From the NCBI GenBank assembly GCA_043809315.1, contig JAZDDX010000037.1, positions 1 to 26,191 of the forward strand: a stretch of DNA of 26,191 bases. Direction: 5' to 3'. Under the pieces are notes generated by a model. The model saw only the letters and a program-made list of their open reading frames with translations. It did not search any database and was not told where the DNA came from. The DNA is from Pseudomonadota bacterium. Its GTDB lineage: Bacteria; Bdellovibrionota_G; JALEGL01; DATDPG01. A program made the position numbers and the translations under genes. Positions 1-7,992 of the stretch are shown piece after piece. Every line of letters starts with the position of its first letter. The stretch's first letter is position 1.

Positions 1-1
1 T

Positions 2-1060
2 CCCGACTCGGATCACCGGGCCGAGCTGAACCTCGACGGGCAGTTCGAGGCGGATCCCCTCTCCGATTCGTTCGACGGAGGGTTGTTCCGGGCCAGCGTC
101 ATCTGGGGTCATCCGAAGTACGGCCTCACGTTCGAAGGGGGGCGGTTCCTTTTACACCAGGGGTTCGGGATGATCCCGCTCGACGGCGTGCAGGTGATCT
201 GGAGCGGGAAGGCGCGCATCTCACTCCGAACGTACGGGGGGATTCGCCGACAGTACGAGGTGAGAAACTTCTCACGCGGCTCGGTCCTCGTAGGGGGCGC
301 GGTCACCGTCGACCCGATCTCGCTGACCTCGATCACGGCCGGCTACCGCTTCGAGGATGATCTCGCCGGGATCCGCCGCCAATCGGCGATCGGAACGGTC
401 CGCCAGGCGTTTCCGTTCCTCTGGGAGCCGGTGCTGATCGGATCGATCGACTACCAGCTCGGAAACCAAACGATCGGAACCGCGCAGGGAGGAATCGAAC
501 TCCACCCGACCGAGCGAGTGAATCTTCTGGGAGAGGTCGCCCGATATGACGAAACCAACGACGGCTTCCGCTTTGAGAATCGGATCTTTCTCCTCTTCGC
601 CCGAACCCCTCAGTGGATGGAGCGGGGAACGGTTTCGGTCCAGGCGGCCAAGCTCCTGACCTTCCATGCTTCCTACTCCCGCCAGTCGTACGACGTGGTT
701 CCGGGAATCAAGGAGCTGGGACACATGTCGACCGTCGGGGGACACTTTGGGAGCGACACCTCCCGGTTTTCCGGCGACGCTTTGCTCTTCCACGAAAACA
801 GTTACGGCGGACGGGTTTACGGCGGGATCGCCGCGCTCCGCGAACGGATCCTCACGTCGTGGCTCGCCGCTGCCACGTTCGCCGTCGGAAAGTACGACAA
901 AATCACCGGTTCGAACGACTACGCTCTTCACGCCGGACTCGCCTTGAGTCGTGTGTTCAAGACCGGCCTCGAGATGGGGATCGGGAGCGAGTTCAATTCG
1001 AACGTCGATCAGCCGAAAGATTTTCGGGCCGGGGTTTTTGCGAGGTACCGATCGCTATGA
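2..1060 (+). CDS. Outer-membrane beta-barrel protein, probable porin of a porin-cytochrome complex (5' truncated)
   Basis: Frame is open from base 2 (PDSDHRAELNLDGQFE...) to TGA 1058-1060. Many amphipathic beta-strand-like segments with Gly/aromatic alternation (SITAGYRF, TFHASYSRQSY, LHAGLALS, DFRAGVFARY). ATGA overlap with a downstream multiheme lipoprotein. Confidence 0.7.
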   Translation, partial: PDSDHRAELNLDGQFEADPLSDSFDGGLFRASVIWGHPKYGLTFEGGRFLLHQGFGMIPLDGVQVIWSGKARISLRTYGGIRRQYEVRNFSRGSVLVGGAVTVDPISLTSITAGYRFEDDLAGIRRQSAIGTVRQAFPFLWEPVLIGSIDYQLGNQTIGTAQGGIELHPTERVNLLGEVARYDETNDGFRFENRIFLLFARTPQWMERGTVSVQAAKLLTFHASYSRQSYDVVPGIKELGHMSTVGGHFGSDTSRFSGDALLFHENSYGGRVYGGIAALRERILTSWLAAATFAVGKYDKITGSNDYALHAGLALSRVFKTGLEMGIGSEFNSNVDQPKDFRAGVFARYRSL

Positions 1061-1641
1061 GGCTCCGGTTCCTGATCGCGTCGATCGCTTTCCTCTCCCT
1101 CGTCTCCTGCATCAAGGATTTCAACCGGCGGAAGGTCGCTCCGGTCGACCGCAAGATGCGCTGGGAGCTGTTTGACCACGGGAAGCACCAGAAAACATTC
1201 ATCGGCCTCGAGATGAGCTGCCTCAACTGCCATCCGACCCGTCCGAACCTGGAGAAGATCGTCCCCGTCAAATGGAACGGGAAGATCTACACCTGCCACG
1301 ACTGTCATCGGAACGCGACGATGGTGGGGGCCGCGCCGCAGAGGTGCACGATGTGCCACAAGGATCTCGAGCTCTTCCGCCCGAGCGATCACCGTCTCGA
1401 CTGGAGGAACCGCCACGCGATCTTCGCCCGGGTCGAGCCTTCCAAGTGCGCCACCTGTCACGACCCGTCGGTCTGCACCGACTGCCATCTCCAACGGAAT
1501 ACAGTCCGGGTGACGGCGCATCCGCGGACGTTTCTCTACTATCACTCGGTCGAGGCACGCTCCGACCCGCACAAATGCGGTAGCTGTCACCAGATTAACT
1601 TCTGCCGGGATTGTCACCTTCAGAGGGGGGTGACGTTTTGA
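1057..1641 (+). CDS. Heptaheme c-type cytochrome lipoprotein (194 aa)
   Basis: True start is ATG 1057 (ATGA overlap), not 613. Signal peptide with lipobox LVSC. Seven CxxCH motifs: CLNCH, CHDCH, CTMCH, CATCH, CTDCH, CGSCH, CRDCH. FDHGKH c3/c7-type motif. Confidence 0.92.
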   Translation: MRLRFLIASIAFLSLVSCIKDFNRRKVAPVDRKMRWELFDHGKHQKTFIGLEMSCLNCHPTRPNLEKIVPVKWNGKIYTCHDCHRNATMVGAAPQRCTMCHKDLELFRPSDHRLDWRNRHAIFARVEPSKCATCHDPSVCTDCHLQRNTVRVTAHPRTFLYYHSVEARSDPHKCGSCHQINFCRDCHLQRGVTF

Positions 1642-1907
1642 AACGGTGGGGTCTCGTAGTGGCACTGCTCGCCTTCGGATGCGGGCACGATTCGGCCGGT
1701 GAGCGCCAATCGGGCGTCATCTTGACGCTCCAAACGCATGCGCCGGGATGGCAACGGGCCGAGTGCTTCAGCTGCCATCTCCCGAAGAACCTGCATCTCC
1801 CGAACGCGGACACCCCTCCCGGAATGAACCTGGATCAGATTCAGGCGGTCGTGTCGGCCCAAGGGGAAGCGAGTTGCCACCCCTGCCACGGGAACAACGG
1901 TCTCTAG
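1638..1907 (+). CDS. Small diheme c-type cytochrome lipoprotein (89 aa)
   Basis: TTG start at 1638 overlaps the upstream TGA, with purine-rich GAGGGGGG just upstream. MKRWGLVVALLAFGC lipoprotein signal. CFSCH and CHPCH motifs. Confidence 0.85.
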   Translation: MKRWGLVVALLAFGCGHDSAGERQSGVILTLQTHAPGWQRAECFSCHLPKNLHLPNADTPPGMNLDQIQAVVSAQGEASCHPCHGNNGL

Positions 1908-2947
1908 AGCGCGGGTTCCGGGACGTTCCGGGCCGGCTTCTCCCGGTCGTAAGAGTACGTGGGATGGCATCCGCTCTCGCAGCTGCCCCCCGTCTTCGTC
2001 GGCCGGTAATGAAGCGGGATCTCCCACTCGAAGAAGGAAACCGAGGTGCGGATCAGTTTCGGCTGGCTGCTCGCATGCGGGGAATGGCAGTTCCGGCAGG
2101 TGTGCGTCTTGAACCCCTTCCGAACGTGTACGAAGTGCAGGTTCGTCGTCCCGTTCCGGAAGTTGGTTGCCGCATCGGTCTGTTCCAGCTTCACCATCTT
2201 CTCGTCGTGCTCGTGGCACGAGAAGCAGAAGGCGTAGGACGCCGGTTCGAACGGGGCATACAGCCCCGCGGCAAGCGTGGTCTTCAAAAGCTTCGGAAAC
2301 TGTTTCGGCTCGTGGATCTGATGGCACCCGACACAGTCCCCCTTCGCCACCGGGCCGTGTTTGTATGCCGCCCCTTTCACCTCTTTCTCGATCTTCCCGT
2401 GGCAGCCGAAGCAGAGCGGCGACTCTTGTTTCTTCAAAAGATACGCTTGATCGGAAAGGTGGGGATCATGACAGGTCATGCACTGCTCCTTGAACGCCAG
2501 CCCGCCATGCTTGAAATTCATTTTGTCCAGGTTCTCCTGGATGTTCGTGTGGCAGGTCGTGCAAAGATCGGGGACCTTGTCGGTTAGGAGACGGGACTGA
2601 TCGGAGTCGTGCGGAGCGTGACAGCTGCTGCACCCCTCCTTCATCACCTCGTGGATCTTTTTCGGCGCTTTCGCCTCCTCCACGCTGAAATCGGTGTGGC
2701 AGGTCGTGCAGGCCTGGCTCCCGATCTTGGATGGGGCGGCCCCTTCTTTCTTGGAGGGGGGAACGTGGCATGAGTTGCACTCCCCCTCCATGATGAAGTC
2801 GTGTTTGAACTTCTTCTTGGCCACCTGCACGTGGCACTGCGAGGTCACGCACCCCGCCCCGACGTTCGCGTGCGGGCCATCGGCTCCGAGCGAAAGCGAG
2901 GGAAGTGTCGTGACGACCGTCAGAAAGATGGCACACCTGGAGTTCAT
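1904..2947 (-). CDS. Periplasmic multiheme cytochrome c, doubled-CxxCH family (9 canonical plus 2 atypical heme motifs; 347 aa)
   Basis: Probable start ATG 2947 (MNSRCAIFLTVVTTLPSLSLGA, Sec-like signal, no lipobox). CNSCH, CTTCH, CSSCH, CTTCH, CMTCH, CFGCH, CVGCH, CFSCH, CRNCH plus CVTSQCH and CESGCH. Repeated CxxCHxPH...LL...LCxxCH pattern. Confidence 0.92.
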   Translation of the reverse strand: MNSRCAIFLTVVTTLPSLSLGADGPHANVGAGCVTSQCHVQVAKKKFKHDFIMEGECNSCHVPPSKKEGAAPSKIGSQACTTCHTDFSVEEAKAPKKIHEVMKEGCSSCHAPHDSDQSRLLTDKVPDLCTTCHTNIQENLDKMNFKHGGLAFKEQCMTCHDPHLSDQAYLLKKQESPLCFGCHGKIEKEVKGAAYKHGPVAKGDCVGCHQIHEPKQFPKLLKTTLAAGLYAPFEPASYAFCFSCHEHDEKMVKLEQTDAATNFRNGTTNLHFVHVRKGFKTHTCRNCHSPHASSQPKLIRTSVSFFEWEIPLHYRPTKTGGSCESGCHPTYSYDREKPARNVPEPAL

Positions 2948-2957
2948 TCGGAGGACG

Positions 2958-3962
2958 TCAGACTTTTTCCTCGAGCCCGGCCAGGATCGAATCGATGTCA
3001 TCCGTACGGTCCGCCTCCGATCGTTCGAACGTATGCTCCGCCGTGTTCTCCTCGGGCGATTCGCCAAAAATGTGAGGCAGAGATTCTTCCTGCGCCTGCC
3101 CCGGCTCGATCTCGAACGAGTCGATCTGTCTCGGATCCTTCATCTTCGTGATCGTCAATCCCAGATCGATCGAGATGTTCTCGACGATCTCGGGCCCGAT
3201 CGTGGTCGCTTTCAGGATGAACCCCTCGAACAGGGCGTTGTCGGCAATCGTATTGATAAGGCGCGGGATCCCACGGGAATACCGGTGGATCGCTTCCGCG
3301 GCCGTGGGAAGGAAGATTTGCCGCTGAGCGCCGGCGAGACGCATGCGGTGAGCGATATAGTCGCGGCACGAGGGCGCATCGAACGCGTCCAGATGATACT
3401 TGAGCGCCACCCGTTGCAGGAGGGGTGGATCGAGTTTCAGGTAATCCTCGATCTCCGGAAGGCCGAAAAAGATGAAGGTGATCAGCTTCTGATCGGGAAT
3501 CTCCAGGTTCAAGAGGCCGCGGAACTCCTCCATCAGATCCTCCGTCTGCAGCATCTGCGCTTCGTCGATCAGCACCACCGCTTTCTTTCCGGCATCAGCA
3601 ATCTGAAGGAGCCGGCGGTACAATTGGCTTAAGAGTTGGAGTTTGTCGTCGCCCGGCTTCCGGATCCCGAGTTGCTGCGCGATCCTCCGGAGCAGCCAGT
3701 CGGCTGTGATCCCGGAGTGGATGATTACGAGAAGCGCCGCTTCGAACTCCGATTCCGGCAAGTTGTCCAGGAGTCGTCGGGCCAGCGTCGTCTTGCCGGT
3801 TCCGATGTCCCCGACGAGAACGGCCAGCCCTTTCATCTGCCGTGCAACCCGCTCGAGACGGACGATCGCTTCCGCGTGTTGATTCGAGTTGAAGTAGAAC
3901 CGGCTGACGGGGGCGTTGGAGAACGGCTCCTGCTCGAGTCCGTAGAAATCCAGATAACTCAT
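2958..3962 (-). CDS. ExeA/GspA-family AAA+ ATPase
   Basis: N-terminal YLDFYGLEQEPFS, Walker A GDIGTGKT, Walker B VVLIDEAQ, GIPRLIN motif. ATG directly abuts the upstream TAA. Confidence 0.9.
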   Translation of the reverse strand: MSYLDFYGLEQEPFSNAPVSRFYFNSNQHAEAIVRLERVARQMKGLAVLVGDIGTGKTTLARRLLDNLPESEFEAALLVIIHSGITADWLLRRIAQQLGIRKPGDDKLQLLSQLYRRLLQIADAGKKAVVLIDEAQMLQTEDLMEEFRGLLNLEIPDQKLITFIFFGLPEIEDYLKLDPPLLQRVALKYHLDAFDAPSCRDYIAHRMRLAGAQRQIFLPTAAEAIHRYSRGIPRLINTIADNALFEGFILKATTIGPEIVENISIDLGLTITKMKDPRQIDSFEIEPGQAQEESLPHIFGESPEENTAEHTFERSEADRTDDIDSILAGLEEKV

Positions 3963-6548
3963 TTAGATGTAGGAGATCTTAGTCTTCTTCCCGGGAATTT
4001 TCACCACTGATTTGTCCTCGGCCGACGCCTTCTCCGGCGCGGAGGGTGGAGGCGCGGAGCGCCCGAGGTCGAGCTCGAGTTCCTTGGCGCGGCGCCGGCA
4101 GTCGCGGAAGGTCGGATCGACATCGGCCACGCGTGCGAAAAGCTTGTACGCTTCCGTGACGCTCCCGTTCCCGATGTACGCTTCCGCCAATTCGTAGGCC
4201 AGTCCGAGCGCCTCCGCGGATTTCGGAGATACCTGGGCCAGCGCCTTCCGGTAAACGGCAATGGCCGCCGTAAAATCCTTCTTGGTCAGCAGACAGAGCC
4301 CGATCATCGAGGCGCAATCCGCTGCCTGTTTCAAGTCGGCCCCCGCCACCTCGAACTCGTGGATCGCCTCGTCGAGAAGCCCCATTTCTTTATACGCGAT
4401 CCCGAGGTTGTAATGGGTCGCGTAGTCGTCCTTGGCGACGGTGCGAGACACCCCTTTCTTGAACTCGGAGATCACCTCCTCGGGGCTTAAATACACCTCC
4501 TCGTCGGACGACTTCGGACGCGCCAGCTCTTCTTCCAGATCTCGGATCTCTTCTTGGAGCTCCTCGGAGAGATCGAACAGAGCACCGCTCTCCTCGAGGA
4601 CGCGCGCCGGAGCCCTGCCCACTGGCTTCTCTTCCGGCTCGGGGAGGGCGACTTCTTCGCGTGTGATCCGGTTGGTTTTCCGCCGTTCCGGTTCCAGATT
4701 GGCGCGGACCGGTGGCGGCGCGGGATTCACTTCCTTGAGCTCGGCCAGTTTCCGCCGCGCTTCCGGATGATTGGGTGATTTCTCAAGAATCGCGCGATAG
4801 ACCTCTTCCGCCTCCTCCAGTAACCCCTGGCTCGCGAAGAAATCCGCCTCCTCGAGATCGGTCGAGAGATCCTCCGGGGCGGCCTTCGTTTTCGAAAGCG
4901 ACTTCGGTTTCGCGTGGGATTCGACTGCCGTCGGTTCCGGTCCCGGCTCCGGTTCGAACTCGAGAGAGACCTCGATCGCGGGAATTTCCGGCTCTACCGG
5001 AGCCGGAATCGGTTCGGGAGCGGCCTCTTCGTCAACCTCGAATGTAAGCGAAACCGATGCTTCCGGCGGCACCTCGATAACCGGAGCGGTCTCGGCCAGC
5101 TCGGGTGGAACGGAGACCGCGCTCGGTCGCGGGGCGGGTTCCGGCGACGGCGCCGCGACCGCGGAACCTTCGATCTCCGCCGCCATCTCGGGAGGGAGTT
5201 CGAACTCTTTGGCCGACCCGGTCGAAACGACGTCCGGGAGAGAGAACTCCAGGGATTTCTCGGGTGGAACCGCCGGAGCGGCCTCAGCCGGGGGCGATTC
5301 CGGAGCGACCGGCGCTTGATCCGGCCAGGCACCGATCTGTCCGATCTCCTTCTGGATCGCCGAAACCGCGTCGGTAAGATTGAGCGCTTCAGCCGCGGCG
5401 AGAGACTTCTTGAGCGCCGCGTCCAGCCGGTGGAAGTCCCCCACCTGTCGATAGACCTCGACCAGCTTGATCCGGAGCGCCTCGTTGGCCGGTATCGCGG
5501 CAACCGCCTGGTCGAGAGCATCACAGACTTTGGCCATGAGGCCGTACTGAAGGAAGACCTCGACCTCCTCGAACACCTTCTCGACCGGCTTGGCCGATGA
5601 CGGCAACGGCTTTTCCGGAGCAACCACCGGCGGAGCGACGGCCGGAGCGGGTTTCGGCAGACTTTCGACGATCGGTTGGGCAGCGGAAATCAGTCCGAGC
5701 GCCCGAAGCTTCGCGGTGAACCGGTCCCGTTCCTCGAGAAGGCCGTGCTCGTTCGCAAGGTTGATCATCTCGGTGTAGACCGACTTCGCCTTCTCCGGCT
5801 GCTGCAGCTCCGTGAACGCCCGCGCGAGGAATTCCAGGATTTTCAGGTTTTTCGGATCTTTTTGAAAGAGAACCCGGAGCTTGCCGAGCGCCTTCTTCGG
5901 TTCCCCCGACTCGAGATAGACTTCGACCAACTCGAGTTTCTGGGATTCATCCAGGATCCCCGCCGCCTCCATCTTTTCGTAGACGCGGGCTAGCTCCTGC
6001 GTGTTGTTCTTTTTCTTGAGGTCCTCTGCGACCGCAAGGAACTGAGCGACCGACTCGTCGCCGTGTCCCTCTTTCGCGTACAGCTCCGCGAGCTTCAGCT
6101 TGCTGGTGGCGTTCTCCGGCTCCAGCTCCGCCATCTTCTTCAGGATGTCGAGCGATTCCTTCTTGAGCCCCTGCGTCTCGTAGTGACGAACGACGACCTG
6201 ATACTGTTTCATCGCTTCGCTATTGAGGCCGAGGTGCTGATACAGCTCCGCCAACCGGACGTAGATCCGGATCAATCCGGGATCGAGTTTGAGAATCTGC
6301 TTGAAGACCGCAACGGCTTTTAGAAAGAAGCCGTCTTTCGCGTAATGCTCTCCGACCTTCTGATAGGTTTCGTTCGCCGCATCGATATTCCCCAGCTTCG
6401 CGTGGAGATCGCCGATCTTGAGAAGCGTCCGGATGTCGGACGGGTCGTTCTCGACGACGAGAAGGTATTCCTGGATCGCCTCGTCGATCTTCCCCTTCTG
6501 GAGAAGCTTCTGCGCCTTCACCAGGCTCTTGTTTCGGTTATAAGCCAA
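3963..6548 (-). CDS. sgmX: Large TPR scaffold, SgmX (MXAN_5766)-like polar type IV pilus regulator
   Basis: N-terminal TPR array, long Pro/Ala/Glu-rich linker, internal EADFFASQGLLEEA motif, C-terminal TPRs (THYNLGIAYKEMGLLDEAI). Lies between accC and an ExeA-like gene, matching the recalled Myxococcus order. TTG start preceded by GGAG. Confidence 0.75.
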   Translation of the reverse strand: MAYNRNKSLVKAQKLLQKGKIDEAIQEYLLVVENDPSDIRTLLKIGDLHAKLGNIDAANETYQKVGEHYAKDGFFLKAVAVFKQILKLDPGLIRIYVRLAELYQHLGLNSEAMKQYQVVVRHYETQGLKKESLDILKKMAELEPENATSKLKLAELYAKEGHGDESVAQFLAVAEDLKKKNNTQELARVYEKMEAAGILDESQKLELVEVYLESGEPKKALGKLRVLFQKDPKNLKILEFLARAFTELQQPEKAKSVYTEMINLANEHGLLEERDRFTAKLRALGLISAAQPIVESLPKPAPAVAPPVVAPEKPLPSSAKPVEKVFEEVEVFLQYGLMAKVCDALDQAVAAIPANEALRIKLVEVYRQVGDFHRLDAALKKSLAAAEALNLTDAVSAIQKEIGQIGAWPDQAPVAPESPPAEAAPAVPPEKSLEFSLPDVVSTGSAKEFELPPEMAAEIEGSAVAAPSPEPAPRPSAVSVPPELAETAPVIEVPPEASVSLTFEVDEEAAPEPIPAPVEPEIPAIEVSLEFEPEPGPEPTAVESHAKPKSLSKTKAAPEDLSTDLEEADFFASQGLLEEAEEVYRAILEKSPNHPEARRKLAELKEVNPAPPPVRANLEPERRKTNRITREEVALPEPEEKPVGRAPARVLEESGALFDLSEELQEEIRDLEEELARPKSSDEEVYLSPEEVISEFKKGVSRTVAKDDYATHYNLGIAYKEMGLLDEAIHEFEVAGADLKQAADCASMIGLCLLTKKDFTAAIAVYRKALAQVSPKSAEALGLAYELAEAYIGNGSVTEAYKLFARVADVDPTFRDCRRRAKELELDLGRSAPPPSAPEKASAEDKSVVKIPGKKTKISYI

Positions 6549-6585
6549 GACTCTCCATCTCGGGGATATGACCCCCCAACCCTCT

Positions 6586-6615
6586 ATTATAAGCGGAGGA
6601 AGGGGAATACGCGAA
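6586..6615 (-). promoter_or_regulatory. Putative sigma70 promoter for sgmX-exeA-cytochrome
   Basis: Perfect TATAAT on the minus strand at 6586-6591 in the 93-bp accC-sgmX gap. Only a weak -35 (TTCGCG, 18-bp spacer). Confidence 0.45.
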
Positions 6616-6641
6616 CAATAGTATGCCTCATTGATGGCATT

Positions 6642-7988
6642 TTATTTGTTTAAATTGAATAACTTGTCGAGAAACTTCACACTGACGTTGCCTTTTAGGA
6701 ACTCTTCGTTCGTTAGGATTTTCTTGTGCAGCGGAATGTTCGTATGAATCCCCTCCACCAGGAACTCGTCGAGCGCGACCAATCCTTTCCGGATCGCCTC
6801 TTCCCGGTTGTCGCCGTGGACGATCAATTTGCCGATCAACGAGTCATAATAAGGGCTTACGACATAGCCGTGGTAAGCGCCCGAATCGACGCGAACCCCC
6901 CGCCCCCCGGGGACGTGGAACGCCGTGATCTGTCCGGCCGACGGATAGAATTTCTCCGGGTCTTCCGCGTTGATCCTCATTTCGATCGCGTGCCCGCGGA
7001 ATCGGACCTCGTCCTGCCGGAACGGGAGACGTTCTCCGGCCGCCAGACGGATCTGCAACTTCATCAGGTCGATCCCCGTGATCTCCTCGGTGATCGGATG
7101 CTCGACTTGGATCCGGGTGTTCATCTCGAGGAAGTAAAAGTTGAGTTTCGAATCCGCGAGAAACTCGACGGTTCCGACATTCCGGTACCCGATCTTGCCG
7201 ATCGCCTCGGTCACGACATGTCCCATCCGTTCCCGGATTTCGGGGGTTACGACGTAGGCGGTCGCCTCCTCGACGACCTTCTGGTACCGGCGCTGGATCG
7301 AACAATCCCTCTCACCCAAATGGACCACGTTCCCGAAATGGTCCGCCACCACCTGAAATTCGATGTGCCGGGCATCCTCCAGGAAACGCTCCAGATAGAC
7401 TTTCGAATTCCCGAACGCCGCCTGCGCCTCGGCTTGAGCGGTCTTGAGCGTGTTCCAGAGTTGATCCATGGATCGGATGATCTTGATCCCTTTCCCGCCG
7501 CCGCCGGCCGTCGCCTTCACGATGAGCGGAAGCCCGACCTCCTCCACGGCCGAGGTGGTCGCTTTCGGGTCCTCTAGATTCACCTCGATGCTCGGAAGCA
7601 TCGGAAGCCCCGCCTTCCTCATCGTGGCGCGCGCCGCGAGTTTATCCCCCATCGCAACGATGTTCTCCGAGGTCGGCCCGATGAAGACGAGGCCGCACTT
7701 TTCGCAAACGTTCGCGAACTCCGCATTCTCCGCCAGGAAGCCGTATCCCGGATGGATCGCCTCGGAGTTCGTCACTTCCGCCGCGCTCAGGATCTTCGGA
7801 ATCGCGAGATAGCTCTCCCGCGCCGCCGCCGGCCCGATGCAGACCGACTCGTCCGCCATCTTGACGTGGAGCGATTCCCGGTCGACGTCCGAATGCACGG
7901 CCACCGTGGCGATCCCCAGCTCCTTACACGCGCGGATCACGCGGAGGGCGATCTCGCCTCGATTGGCTACCAGGATTTTGCGGAACAT
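6642..7988 (-). CDS. accC: Acetyl-CoA carboxylase, biotin carboxylase subunit
   Basis: KILVANRGEIA, HPGYGFLAENA, GGGGKG, ERDCSIQRR, EMNTRIQVEH, YYDSLIGK motifs. Confidence 0.97.
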   Translation of the reverse strand: MFRKILVANRGEIALRVIRACKELGIATVAVHSDVDRESLHVKMADESVCIGPAAARESYLAIPKILSAAEVTNSEAIHPGYGFLAENAEFANVCEKCGLVFIGPTSENIVAMGDKLAARATMRKAGLPMLPSIEVNLEDPKATTSAVEEVGLPLIVKATAGGGGKGIKIIRSMDQLWNTLKTAQAEAQAAFGNSKVYLERFLEDARHIEFQVVADHFGNVVHLGERDCSIQRRYQKVVEEATAYVVTPEIRERMGHVVTEAIGKIGYRNVGTVEFLADSKLNFYFLEMNTRIQVEHPITEEITGIDLMKLQIRLAAGERLPFRQDEVRFRGHAIEMRINAEDPEKFYPSAGQITAFHVPGGRGVRVDSGAYHGYVVSPYYDSLIGKLIVHGDNREEAIRKGLVALDEFLVEGIHTNIPLHKKILTNEEFLKGNVSVKFLDKLFNLNK

Positions 7989-7992
7989 ACGG

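Noticed and set aside
613-1056. N-terminal 148 aa of the 342-aa track ORF
   Set aside because: Alternate frame overlapping the beta-barrel gene. The signal peptide and ATGA coupling place the real start at 1057.
1748-3632. Long plus-strand ORFs (279 and 312 aa) and similar antisense ORFs across the window, e.g. 6726-7577, 11762-12673, 14994-15980, 19177-20034
   Set aside because: Shadow frames opposite well-supported genes, typical of high-GC DNA; no motifs.
2958-3962. Type II secretion operon or transposon TniB-like ATPase
   Set aside because: No gspC-M or transposase genes nearby; position matches the sgmX-linked ExeA-like gene.
4600-5700. Recurring ccgg/gccgg-rich sequence resembling a repeat array
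   Set aside because: Encodes the Pro/Ala/Glu low-complexity linker of SgmX. There is no fixed repeat-spacer periodicity, so it is not CRISPR or a tandem repeat.
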